Positions 32,704-43,569 of a stretch of 64,000 nucleotides of DNA are shown in pieces. Origin of the DNA: Azolla caroliniana. Lineage: Eukaryota > Plantae > Polypodiophyta. Under the pieces are notes generated by a model. The model saw nothing but the letters and a program-made list of their open reading frames with translations. It was not told where the DNA came from and ran no database searches. The position numbers were made by a program, and so were the translations under genes. Position 1 is the stretch's first letter; every line of letters starts with the position of its first letter. The stretch covers positions 12,834,001 through 12,898,000 of the forward strand of contig JBHGNT010000011.1 of the NCBI GenBank assembly GCA_043228905.1. The letters are read 5' to 3'.

Positions 32704-35700
32704 TTATCCCCCCTTTTCGATGACGAGTTGCACGAGTCGGAAGAAAAGAGTTCAGACTTGGTTTATGAGGATATTGGTTGTGAAATGCAACAACCATGTC
32801 GGAGGCATTGGCAAGATGTTCGGCAGGCTCCCATGTTCGATCATTAGGTGTATAGCCTAACCAATCAACCAAGTAGTATAGTTTGTTGTGAATGATCTTG
32901 GAGTCGAGGATAGCGGCAACCTCATATTCAGAGCCATTGGAAACGTCAATTGGAGGTGGGGGAGGTGTAACACGACCCGGAATAGAGCTCGTTGTGTAAG
33001 GCTCCAAAAGTGAAACATGGAAGACCGGGTGAAGACGCATATGAGGAGGAAGATCAAGACGAAATGTCACATCATTGATCTTACCACTTATGACATATGG
33101 GCCAAAACGTTGATAATCCAATTTGTAGCAAGGTCGGGTCGTTTTAATGCTACCTTGTAAGAGCCATACACGATCGCCTACTTGAAATGTAGTCGATGAA
33201 TCACGCCGATGACGGTCAGCAATCTTCTTTTGAGTGTTTTGGGCTTCACATAAATGATGCAAAAGCATATCCTGAACTTCTTGGAGTCGAGTGAGCCGAT
33301 CTTCAGCAGTTGGGTTTTTTGGGAGTTCAGGATGTTCAAGCATCGTCCAACGAGGATGGTACCCAATGTTTGCAAAAAATGGGGAATATCCAGTAGAAGA
33401 ATGCTCGGAGTTGTTATAAGCAAATTCTGCCAAAGGTAGTAAATCCACCCAATCATCTTGTTGATAGTTGACAAAACAACGTAGATATTGCTCGACTGTT
33501 TGGTTGGTGCGCTCACTCTGCCCATTAGTCTCTGGATGGTAGCCGGAAGAGAGTTTACAAGAAGTATGTAAGAGTCTGAACATGTGCCGCCAAAATTTCG
33601 AGATGAATTGGGGACCCCGATCACTGATAATATCATCCGGAAGACCATGATGGCGAAACACCTCCCGCATGAGTAAATCAGCTGTCTCTTGACTAGTAAT
33701 GGTCTTTGTGCATGGAAGGAAATGTGCCATCTTCGTAAAACGATCGACAACAGTGAGAATCGAATCAAATCCCTTGGAAGGTGGAAGATCCGTAATAAAG
33801 TCCAAGGAAATAGATTTCCATGGGCTCTCCGGAATAGGCATTGGCTGTAATAAGCCATATGGATGATGTCGAGGCTTTTTTGATCGGCAACATGTATCAC
33901 AGCTACGAACATAATCCGTAACAAAATGGCGAAGCCGTGGCCACCAATATCGGCGAGAAATCAACTCAAAAGTCTTGTGGATGCCGAAGTGTCCCGCCAT
34001 TGGTGTGTCATGACATTGTTGCATGACTTTGAGTCGAGAAGGACCGTCAGGCACATACAAGAGAGTTTGTCGAAAAAGTAACCCATCATGCCAACTAAAC
34101 TGGGTGTAGTCTAGACGAGGATTTTGAGTTTGGGAGCTAGATGCACGATTTGGGATAATATGGCTCAAAACCTCTTGGGCGAACGCATCAGTCGCAATCT
34201 GCTCACGAATGGAATCAAGAAACCTTGAATCTCCCAGTGTGTTGATGGTATGCATTGCCATTATTCGTAGACAATCAGGACCTAAGAGGATTTGCTTTTG
34301 GCTTTCAAATGCGGCCTCTCCAGGTTGAAGTTCCATATACGAACGTCTAGATAAAGCATCTGCTTTTCCTTGTTGCATCCCAGGGCGATATAGAATTACA
34401 AAATCGAAACGAGTTAAGAACTGCGCCCAACGAGCTTGTCGTCGATTCAAGACTCGAGCACTTTGAAAGTATGTTAGATTTTTATTATCATTGTAGACAA
34501 TAATCTGCTGAGAAGAACCCTCCAGAAAATGACGCCATTGTTGAAAAGAATCCACAATGGCAAGAAGCTCTTTGTCGTGAATCTCATAGTTGATTTCTGC
34601 GGCTTCAAATTTTCGTGAGTGAAAAGCCACCGGGTGCAGTTCACCATCATCACCAATTTGGGATAGTACACTTCCGAGTGCGAAATCCGATGCATCAACT
34701 TCAAGTATAAAGCGCCTCATTGGATCGACATGGATTAAGATTGGTGCGGATGTAAATGCTTGCTTTAAACCCTCAAATGCAGAGTTCGCATCTATACTCC
34801 ATACAAATGATCGATTCTTGTGCGTCAGTTGAGTGAGGGGCAACACAATTTTTGAATAGTCTTTGATGAACTTGCGATAAAAGTTTGCGAACCCCAAAAA
34901 ACATTGCACATCTCGCACGGACTGTGGTGTTTGCCAATCCAAAATTGTTTGAACCTTTGATGGATCCATAGAGATGCCATTTGAAGAGACTATGTACCCC
35001 AAAAACTCCACTTGACGTTGGTCGAAACTACACTTCTCCAATTTTGCATAGAGACCATACTCTCGTAGCCGTTGCAAAACTTGGCGAACATGTATATCAT
35101 GTTCTTCTTGAGTTTTTGAGTAGATCAAGATATCATCCAGGTAAACAATGATGAAGATATCGAGGAAGTCTCGAAAAATATCATTCGCCATATGTTGGAA
35201 GACTGCTGGTGCATTCGTGAGGCCAAAAGGCATCACTGTGTACTCAAAATGACCATAGCGAGTGCGGAACGCCGTCTTCCATTCATCCCCAGGACGAATT
35301 CGAACAAGGTTGTAGGCACCTCGAAGATCTAACTTCGTGAAATACTTTGCTTCACTGAGGCGTTCTAGAAGGCTTGAGATCAATGGGAGAGCATATCGGT
35401 TTCTAACGGTCACTTTATTCAAGCCTCGATAATCCACGACCATACGAAGCGTACCATCTTTCTTCTTAACGAAAAAGATGGGTGCACCAGCAGGAGATTT
35501 TGAATGTTGGATAAAACCATTTGCCAAGTTCTCATTGATATATTCTCGAAGAACCTCTAACTCCGTGGGCGAAAGATTATAAATTGGTCCCCATGGAGGC
35601 TCTTTTCCTGGCTGCAAATCAATTGGGCAATCATATGGTCGATGCTCTGGTAGTCTATTAGCCTTCACCTTATCGAACACATCGGAGAATTCTATGTACT

Positions 35701-36340
35701 TCTTTGGTAGTTGGACCCCCAATTCTTGTGAGCTAGATGAGGGAGTTGCTAAAACCGCAAATACCATCATGTCTTCCTTTCTTCCATCCTCTCGTAATTG
35801 ATGTATAGAGATTGTTGAAATTGTGGGGGATCCTAGATCCTTAGTTGGAGCTTCAAGAGACTTGGATTGTACGGTGACCTCTTCAATAGTTCTTTTTCTC
35901 CAATCAATGGTTGGGTTATGTAACTCAAACCAAGGAAGAACAAGAACTAGAGAGTGCTCCGGACTACTAATGATGTTAAATGAGATGACACTAGCCAAAT
36001 TACCTAGGACTACACGAATTGGTTCAAACTCTTCGACTATATCTCCTGATGCTATAGGGCGACCATCGATGACTCCTACAGCTACTGGGTTTGGGAGTTT
36101 TTTCAAGATGATGTTTTGAGTCAATGCAAACTCGCGATCCATGAAACAAGAATTGGCTCCGGAATCTAGGAGGGCAGAGGCTAGGGCGCGATGACCTGTA
36201 GATGTGCTAAGCTCGACTTGTGCAGAAAAAACTCTACTAACTTGATTTGATGAAATGGAACCACAACTAGGTACTGACTCTACATAACTAGGATGGTCCA
36301 ACCAAATGGCTCCTATTTTGGCCGGACTTATTCGTTTAAC
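32696..36340 (-). CDS. pol: E6 Pol (PR, RT, RNase H, integrase, chromodomain), probably entered by -1 frameshift
   Basis: LLDSGA, YLDDIL, EVDASDFALG, HDTP.AGH...CDTC, ISDRGPQF, and EYEVAAILD...YYLVDWLGY...TWEP. The ORF has no ATG start (TTG at 36301) and is open back to the slippery site. Confidence 0.95.
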   Translation of the reverse strand, partial: VKRISPAKIGAIWLDHPSYVESVPSCGSISSNQVSRVFSAQVELSTSTGHRALASALLDSGANSCFMDREFALTQNIILKKLPNPVAVGVIDGRPIASGDIVEEFEPIRVVLGNLASVISFNIISSPEHSLVLVLPWFELHNPTIDWRKRTIEEVTVQSKSLEAPTKDLGSPTISTISIHQLREDGRKEDMMVFAVLATPSSSSQELGVQLPKKYIEFSDVFDKVKANRLPEHRPYDCPIDLQPGKEPPWGPIYNLSPTELEVLREYINENLANGFIQHSKSPAGAPIFFVKKKDGTLRMVVDYRGLNKVTVRNRYALPLISSLLERLSEAKYFTKLDLRGAYNLVRIRPGDEWKTAFRTRYGHFEYTVMPFGLTNAPAVFQHMANDIFRDFLDIFIIVYLDDILIYSKTQEEHDIHVRQVLQRLREYGLYAKLEKCSFDQRQVEFLGYIVSSNGISMDPSKVQTILDWQTPQSVRDVQCFLGFANFYRKFIKDYSKIVLPLTQLTHKNRSFVWSIDANSAFEGLKQAFTSAPILIHVDPMRRFILEVDASDFALGSVLSQIGDDGELHPVAFHSRKFEAAEINYEIHDKELLAIVDSFQQWRHFLEGSSQQIIVYNDNKNLTYFQSARVLNRRQARWAQFLTRFDFVILYRPGMQQGKADALSRRSYMELQPGEAAFESQKQILLGPDCLRIMAMHTINTLGDSRFLDSIREQIATDAFAQEVLSHIIPNRASSSQTQNPRLDYTQFSWHDGLLFRQTLLYVPDGPSRLKVMQQCHDTPMAGHFGIHKTFELISRRYWWPRLRHFVTDYVRSCDTCCRSKKPRHHPYGLLQPMPIPESPWKSISLDFITDLPPSKGFDSILTVVDRFTKMAHFLPCTKTITSQETADLLMREVFRHHGLPDDIISDRGPQFISKFWRHMFRLLHTSCKLSSGYHPETNGQSERTNQTVEQYLRCFVNYQQDDWVDLLPLAEFAYNNSEHSSTGYSPFFANIGYHPRWTMLEHPELPKNPTAEDRLTRLQEVQDMLLHHLCEAQNTQKKIADRHRRDSSTTFQVGDRVWLLQGSIKTTRPCYKLDYQRFGPYVISGKINDVTFRLDLPPHMRLHPVFHVSLLEPYTTSSIPGRVTPPPPPIDVSNGSEYEVAAILDSKIIHNKLYYLVDWLGYTPNDRTWEPAEHLANASDMVVAFHNQYPHKPSLNSFLPTRATRHRKGGIMS
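36289..36340 (-). promoter_or_regulatory. Putative -1 frameshift signal (G TTA AAC plus pseudoknot)
   Basis: Heptamer at 36334-36340, 6-nt spacer, 11-bp stem GTCCGGCCAAA/TTTGGTTGGAC, and loop TAGGA pairing with downstream TCCTA. Confidence 0.72.
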
Positions 36341-37455
36341 ACATCCTCTAATTGGCTCAAGACATCAAATCTATTCTCATGGCATGGGCTAGTAGGCTTA
36401 GTACTTAAGTTATTAGAAGTGATAGTAGAACTTGATGTAGGGTTGTCATGTGCACTTACTTGGTAAACTTGACGCCTGGGTTTATGTGGACAATTCACAG
36501 CTATATGTCCTGGACCACCACAGTAGAGGCATAGGCGATGCGCCCGACGTCGTTGTTTCTCAGCATCTGATAAGGGCCCTCGACGTTGTGTCGACTCTAT
36601 TTCCATCGGAGTGGGACCATCCCTCGTAACGGGTCTAGAACCTTGTGGCGGTGTGGCGACTATAGAAGCGTATGTCTGTTCCGGTTGGCGGCGTAACATT
36701 TGTTGACGTTCAGAACGTCGCTCAAATAGGCGATTATCACATCGCACAGCTCGGCTAATAGCTTCAGTAAGAGACTTTGGATCTTCATGGAAAGTAAGAA
36801 GAAGATCTTTGACATCGTTACGCAAACCCTGACGGAATTGATCCATTAAGGCTGCCTCATCCCAAGGGATGTCGCATGCCAAGAGACGGAAATCTGCGGC
36901 ATAAGCTGAAGCGGGACGATCTCCTTGTCGGAGTCTTCGAATCTTGTTTATTGCAGTCCTAGTGCTATCCGTATCTCCAAAACTAGCTTGAAACTCCTTA
37001 ACGAATGCCTCGAAATCCTCCAGTAATGGTGATTTCTTCTCAAGAAGTGGTGCAAACCATGCTAACGCTGTACCGCTTAGCAAGGTTCCTATTAATCCCA
37101 CACGGGCAGCATCAGTTGGATACCGATTGGGATGTAACTGAATCACCAAACGAACTTGATTCAGGAAACCTCGAAAGAGAGATCTGGTACCATCAAACTT
37201 GGCAGGGAGGCTAATCTTTGGTTCCCTTGGGGAGTTTTGAACCCCCGCCGCTTGTTCTCGTAATGTTAATATAGTAGCCTCAAGTTGATGAACCCGTTGT
37301 GATAACTCCTCATATTGATGAGCTTTCTCAGTACTGACTTGTTGAAGATCCCCGAGTAGCCTTTGATTTTCGTGCTCTAATGCCACAAACTTAGTGGTGA
37401 GCATATCGAGCTCCGAAAGGACACGCATATACTCTTGCTTGCTGACCGACTCCAT
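36328..37455 (-). CDS. gag: E6 Gag (PEG10/sushi-like capsid with CCHC knuckle)
   Basis: 375 aa: N-terminal coiled coil, PKISLPAKFDG..FRGFLNQ, LRQG, GPTPMEI, and CLYCGGPGHIAVNC. Confidence 0.95.
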   Translation of the reverse strand: MESVSKQEYMRVLSELDMLTTKFVALEHENQRLLGDLQQVSTEKAHQYEELSQRVHQLEATILTLREQAAGVQNSPREPKISLPAKFDGTRSLFRGFLNQVRLVIQLHPNRYPTDAARVGLIGTLLSGTALAWFAPLLEKKSPLLEDFEAFVKEFQASFGDTDSTRTAINKIRRLRQGDRPASAYAADFRLLACDIPWDEAALMDQFRQGLRNDVKDLLLTFHEDPKSLTEAISRAVRCDNRLFERRSERQQMLRRQPEQTYASIVATPPQGSRPVTRDGPTPMEIESTQRRGPLSDAEKQRRRAHRLCLYCGGPGHIAVNCPHKPRRQVYQVSAHDNPTSSSTITSNNLSTKPTSPCHENRFDVLSQLEDVLNE

Positions 37456-37527
37456 AACCGCAGGGGAAAAAGAAAGAAGGATAAAGAAGAAAGCTTGCTA
37501 GAGTTATTGAAGAAAGGGAAAAGAAAT

Positions 37528-37538
37528 ATTCGGTTCAA
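37528..37538 (-). promoter_or_regulatory. E6 self-priming PBS
   Basis: TTGAACCGAAT, 2 nt after the 5' LTR, is the exact complement of ATTCGGTTCAA (37769-37779, minus), which begins 33 nt downstream of the LTR TATAAA. Confidence 0.85.
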
Positions 37539-37826
37539 ACTGTCGTGACTCTTGAGTAGGAAGCAGAGAGAGAGAGCGATGGCGATAGAGATAACGATAA
37601 CGATAGAGATGGCGAGAGCGGTAGAGATAGCGATAGTGATAGAAAGAGAGTGAAAGAGGGAGAGAGTGCGAGAGAGAGAAAAGTATAAGTGAGAGATAAG
37701 AAATGGGAATGCGATTATATTATGAGAAAGAAGATTACAAGGAGTAGGCTAAGGGCTAAAGACTGGTGTTGAACCGAATGAGTTGTGATGAGTGTATGGA
37801 CTCTTATTTATAGGCCCTTATGGAGT

Positions 37827-37929
37827 ATTCTAGAATGTTCTAGAATATTTTAGATATTTATGAATAATAATAATAATAAATATAATCATGAAATATTCAA
37901 GAACATTCTAGAATAATCTAGAATGTTCT
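37827..37929. promoter_or_regulatory. Two heat-shock-element arrays in E6 U3 (copy at 32441-32543)
   Basis: aTTCt aGAAt gTTCt aGAAt (37827-37846) and aTTCa aGAAc aTTCt aGAAt aaTCt aGAAt gTTCt (37895-37929) are alternating nGAAn pentamers just upstream of the TATA box. Confidence 0.7.
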
Positions 37930-37980
37930 AAATATCTCGTAATAACTAAACATATAATTATTATGATTACATCTCACATA

Positions 37981-38047
37981 TGTTATTACAATGGTTAAAG
38001 TACAATATGTAAACCAAGAGGTTATGGGTTCGATTCCTGGTTCGCCA
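37981..38047 (+). promoter_or_regulatory. tRNA-like Pol III promoter module in E6 U3 (copy at 32595-32661)
   Basis: Degenerate A box (TTACAATGGTTAAAG), perfect B box GGTTCGATTCC (38027-38037) at tRNA-like spacing, ending ...TTCGCCA. No proper cloverleaf. Confidence 0.55.
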
Positions 38048-38089
38048 AGATGAATGTCATGATAAGCCAAGATGTATGTCTTCATGACA

Positions 38090-41000
38090 GGTTTTAGACG
38101 ACTGACGTGAAAAACAGGATGAATACCAACGTTACGAGGTAAGGCAAGGTGATAAGCAGATGACCCAACTCGCTTAAGGATTTCAAATGGGCCACAATAT
38201 CGTGGGGCTAACTTAGCGCACTTGCCCGTAGATAATGACGTAGAATCAGTCGGGACACGCAAAAAAACTTTTTGACCAATAGTAAATGCACGAGGACGTC
38301 TATCCTGATCAGCATAAAATCGAGCACGATCTTGAGCTGTCTTGACATTTTCTTTGGCAATATGCAACATTTGGTTCATGTCTTGCAAAAAATTGCGTGT
38401 ACTGTCTAATGTATCACGATGAATCGTGACATCAACTGGGGCACGTGGCTGAAAACCATACATCAACATAAAAGGACTATATCCAGTGGATGTATGTTTA
38501 GAGCTATTATAGGCAAATTCTAAGATAGGAAGGTATTGCTCCCACTTAGAAGGGGTTTTTGCTACATAAGCTCGAAGCATGTCCTCAATAATTTGATTAA
38601 CTTGTTCAGTTTGTCCATCAGACTGAGGATGATCTGCGGAACTCATGCTCAACGTAGTTTCTAGTTTCTTAAAGACCTGAGTCCAAAAGTCACTAGTAAA
38701 CTTGGAATCTCGATCACTAACAATATCCATCGGTAATCCATAAAAACGAAATAACTCATCAACAAATTGATAAGCCAACTGTTGAGCGGTTACCGTGGTT
38801 TTTGTAGGAATAAATCTAGCTAATTTTGTTAGCCTGTCAACGACAACCCATATGGCATCATGACCCCTCTGTGTACGAGGTAAACTAACAATAAAATCCA
38901 TCGAGATACTTTCCCATTTATTGTTGGGAATATCTAAGGGATGTAAAAGACCAGCAGCTTTAAGTCGTTCCGACTTATTAATCTGACATTGTAAGCATTG
39001 AGTTACGTATTTATGCACGTCAGAGCGCATCTTAGGCCAGAAAAAAGTACACGAGATGAGAACGAGTGTGCGTTGTATTCCAGGATGACCAGCAGATGGT
39101 GCATCATGACATTCATGAAAAAATTTCTGTTTAACATTTGGTAAATCTGGAACACAGACCTTTCCACTACGGTAGAGCAAACCGTTTGTAATGTGAAAGG
39201 TCGCCTTCGAGGGTAGGGTGCTAGTATCGGCATCTAAACCAGATTCGGCTTTCGTCCAGTATTTTGAGAAATAACTATCATCAAGGTATTTCCCTCGAAG
39301 GTGATCTAAAAGATCAGATTTTATTTCCGTGAAGCTAAGCATGTTAACTTCTTTAATGCGACTAAGAGCATCAGCAACGGTGTTCATAGAACCCTTGCGA
39401 TATCGTATGGAAAAATCAAAATCTTGCATAAGGTCAGCCCAACGGCCTTTACGACCAACAAGATCGGGCTGGTCACAAAAATACTTTAATGATTGATGGT
39501 CTGTTGTAACCACAAATTTATTTCCATAGAGATAGTGCCTCCATGTTTTAAGTGCGTGTATCACCGCAAACAACTCTTTCTCTTGAACCGAATACCGAGA
39601 TTGAGCAGCATCAAGCTTCTTACTTTCAAAAGCAATAGGGTGACCACCTTGATAAAGAACGGCACCAATAGCATAATCACTAGCATCGGTTTCAATTGAG
39701 AAAGGCTTAGAAGGGTCTGGTAATAGAAGAGTGGGAGCCTGACACACATGCTCCTTGAGTGTCTCAAATGATTTGTCAAGTTGTTCATTCCATGAAATTG
39801 GTTTGACAGACTTACGTGGATGACCTTTTAAAAGGTCAGTTAATGGCGTAGTCAATTTGGAATAGTTACGAATTGATTTTCGTAAAAATCCAACAAACCC
39901 TAAGAATGATCTAAGTTCACGAATATTACGAGGAATGGGCCAAAGTTTAACCTTTTCAATACGAGAAGGTTCAATTTCAATGCCATTTTCTGTAATTAAA
40001 TGACCTAGGTACACAATAGATTTTTGGAAGAAGTCACATTTTGAATGTTTTGCATAGAAAGAGTTGTCACGCAACTTTCGCAAAACAAATCGAACATGTT
40101 GAACATGATCTTGCAAGGTACGGCTATATATCAAAATATCATCCAAGAAGACGACAACAAAATCACCGAGTTGATCTCGGAAAACATCATTCATCGCTTG
40201 TTGGAATGTGGCTGGAGCATTAGTCAACCCAAACGGCATGACTAAAAACTCATAATGGCCATAGCGCGTACGAAAAGCGGTTTTAGGAATATCATCCTCG
40301 GCGATGCGAATCTGATGATAACCAGTTCGTAAGTCAATTTTCGTAAAATATCGAGCCCCGTGCAAACGATCAATCAAATCATCGGCATGAGGTAATGGAT
40401 ATGCATTCTTAATTGTCATTTTATTCAAACGGCGATAATTGATACACATTCGCCACGAACCTTCCTTCTTCTTGACTAATAGAACTGGCGCACCCCAAGG
40501 TGATTTACTATACCTAATGTGGCCCATACTCAAGTATTCCTTAAGTTGTTTAGCGATCTCATCCTCTTCTAATCGACTAAGTCGGTAAGGTGGAATGCTC
40601 ACAGGAGCAGCCCCAGGGATGAGTTCAATTTGATGGTCCACATTACGTTTAGGTGGTAAAGTAAGCGGTAATTCAGTAGGAAACACATCTTGAAAATCCT
40701 CTAAAATAGAGTCGAGTAATTGTTGCTCAAAATGTGGTAATTGTGTGGCGTCAATATTAAAATAATAAAATTGAACCGCAGGATCAATTACACACGAATA
40801 AATTAATGAACTAGAATACTCACTTAAAGATTTAGAAGACACAAGTGAATGAGAAGGAAGTTTGGAACATTGTATAAAATGTTTACAATTATTAAGTTCA
40901 AATGTGATTGAGTGATTAACCCAATCAATGGACAAAGAAGGGTTTTTATTAAAAAACCAAGGATATCCTAAAATGACATCTGCGGATTGTAATTTCATAA

Positions 41001-42243
41001 CATGAAAGTCAAGCTTCTCCAAATAAGTATCTATTTGAATTGGCAGTTGACAAACAATGCCACTGATGTATTGAATGTTTCCATTTGCCATGTGAACTTG
41101 ATAGATATGATCACTTGCGTTTATGTGGAGCTCCATTTGCTGCACAAAGTGATCATTAAGAAAATTGTGAGAACTACCAGAATCAAACAAGAAATGTGCT
41201 TGTGTTCCATTGATATATCCGACTGCTCGGAGTAAATCATTAGGTCCAAGTAAATGTGAAGGAAAAGTGCATTCACATAAACTTAAGTGATTGGTATGAA
41301 CTTCAACAATATCAAAAGACTCACCTGTGTGACTCGTAGATTTGTCTTGAGGAGGGGTGTTCATTGACTTCCTCTCAAGACGACGACAGGTATCCTTTGT
41401 GTGGCCCCGCTTCTTGCAATATGCACAGAAGAGGTTCGGTTTCTTTGAGTCGCGGTCAAGAGTGTCACTGGATTGCTTACGTTTCCCAATGAACTTGACA
41501 TTCGGAGTTTTGGCGAACTCAGGTTTATTGTGGTCTTTCTTGGAAGTCCTATGGTATCGCAGCACAATGTTGACGGCTTCCTCGAAAGTTGTGGGGTCCT
41601 TGTCATGGACAATCCAATGATAATCCCCATTGGGAATACCATTCAAAAAACAAGCGACAAACCATTTCTCACCCATAAGTCCCGATTTTTGGATCTGGGT
41701 CCGAGCGTGATGCACATAATCCTCGAGAGAGGTAAATGACTTACTAGACAATGTGAGCAAGTGTTGCGCTTGTTCGGTTTGAGAAGGTGGCTGCAAGAAT
41801 TGTTTCTTAAAAACATCAACGAAACCTTCCCAAGTTGTGGGTAAGTTTTTTGCGGTCCTTAGGCCACGCCACCAAGCAGCAGCTCGGCCACCTAACTCAC
41901 GACCGACATAACCAATTTTTACTGCATCGGGCTTGGGATGAAGCTCAAAGTGAGACTCCCAACGACCAAGCCAAGTGCTAATGGCCTCCTCGGTTCTTTC
42001 TTTCTTATCTCCCTTGAAAGGCGTGACTACGAAGGAAGGTTCACCTTCTTTCTTGGACTCAATAGTTAATTCTTGGAATTTCTTTTCCAATGCCATATTG
42101 GCCTGTCTCATTTCGGCCAATTGATTCAAGGTAGTAGTGAGCAATTGCTCAATAGTGATCTCAGCTTGTGTGCGAGATGCGGATTGGGGTTGAGAGGTCT
42201 CATTTGGAGAGATCGTTCCAACTGCGTTCAAAACTTGTTCCAT
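38090..42243 (-). CDS. pol: E5 Gag-Pol polyprotein (GAG, PR, RT, RH, INT), cut off from its chromodomain by E6
   Basis: Single long ORF with [46 protein letters not shown]...CLQC and VSDRDSKF. The called ORF end (37918) is read-through into the E6 LTR. Confidence 0.93.
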
Positions 42244-43249
42244 GATGCACGTTGTGGGTATGCAATAAAATAAGGAGGTTCAGAAAATACACAAGCAAAA
42301 TGAATGCTTGAAATTTTGATTGAAAGAACTTTATCCAAGAAAGTATCTCATGTCTTTGCCCCTCTAGACATATGAGATGTGATTCGAGATCCGATAACTA
42401 TGGTAACACTATGGTGTTTTAAAAACCATGGGGGAAAACATAGCTAAGATGTATTTCTCAGATCTCTATCTTGAGTAATCATGGCGGCTCCCCGAGGCTC
42501 AACCATGGTTCTTACATCAATGAAATTTCCTAGATAGCCTTATATTAATGCCAAGCCATCATGTATTATATGGTCGAGAAAGTGTATTACGTGAAAAAAC
42601 AAGTGCACTCACAAGTAATATTCTAGTCTTGCGAGCAATAAGCAAACGTGATGATAAAATGATAAAATAAGGCACTACTCATAAGAGTTAAGTAGTGACG
42701 AAAACAAGGGTAAAAAAAAGAACCCATGTGTTACCTACGAAAAAAACAATGTCACAAATAAATGGGAAGTGCAAGGTATGCACATATACATCCCAATATG
42801 ATTGTTATAACTTGCACAATTGTGACATAAGCCACAAATTGATACAAGTGATGACGGTGTTGTGCGCAAAGATGTAATACTCAAATCCATGAGTAAAACA
42901 TCAATAAGGGAACTCATATGGTTTTACTTGTTTTCTAAGGCTTGATGATAAGAGTTAAACCTAGATGACCCGTTGAAAAAAAATCGTTCAACAAGCCACT
43001 CCATACGAAAAAAATAGTCTACACGTAAAGGTTACATTAAAAATAAACGATGTAAATACTTTATACATGAAAAGGAAGTGGAAAAAGGATAGTTAATTGT
43101 GGGCGGGTAAATAATAATTACTAGAAAATCATATAAGTGAAACAATACTTATGAAATTAAAATTTAATTAGAATAATCAACAATTAGGTGTATGGAATCA
43201 AACATGCCCTAAGATACGAAACCCTAGGGTAGTTGACATGCACCTCCTC

Positions 43250-43560
43250 AAGACCACCACATATCCCTAGAATCGGCCAAGTAATGGCTAATTAAAGAGG
43301 AAAGTGGCATAGGTAAGTGACATATACCTCGTCAAGGCCACATCATCCCTTAGAATCGGCCAATTGATGGCTAATTAAAAAGGAAAGTGGCATATGTAAG
43401 CTACATATACCTTGTCAAGGCCACAACATCCCATAGAATCGGCCAATTGATGGCTTAATAGAGAGTAGAGTGGCATAGGTAGGCAACATACACCTCGTCA
43501 AGGCCACATCATCCCTTAGAATCGGCCAAGTGATGGCTCAATAGAGGGGAAGAGTGGTAT
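43250..43560. repeat. Tandem repeat, about 4 copies of ~83 bp, in the E5 5' leader
   Basis: TAGAATCGGCCAA.T.ATGGCT...GTGGCATA.GTA...GTCAAGGCCACA recurs near 43268, 43351, 43433 and 43517. Confidence 0.85.
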
Positions 43561-43569
43561 ACTCAACAT

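Larger units (their letters stand above)
32155..38089 (-). mobile_element. E6: Tcn1-type chromovirus, very young, ORFs uninterrupted
   Basis: 549-bp LTRs at 32155-32703 and 37541-38089 (1 mismatch seen). TSD GGTTT (32150-32154 and 38090-38094). PPT GAAAAGGGGGGA at 32707-32718. No tRNA PBS. Separate gag and pol ORFs with a canonical chromodomain. Confidence 0.97.
37541..38089 (-). repeat. E6 5' LTR
   Basis: Repeat of 32155-32703; TATAAA on the minus strand at 37807-37812. Confidence 0.97.

Noticed and set aside
37918-38089. C-terminal extension of the 1441-aa ORF
   Set aside because: It is read-through into the E6 LTR; the true C-terminus is at 31900-32154.
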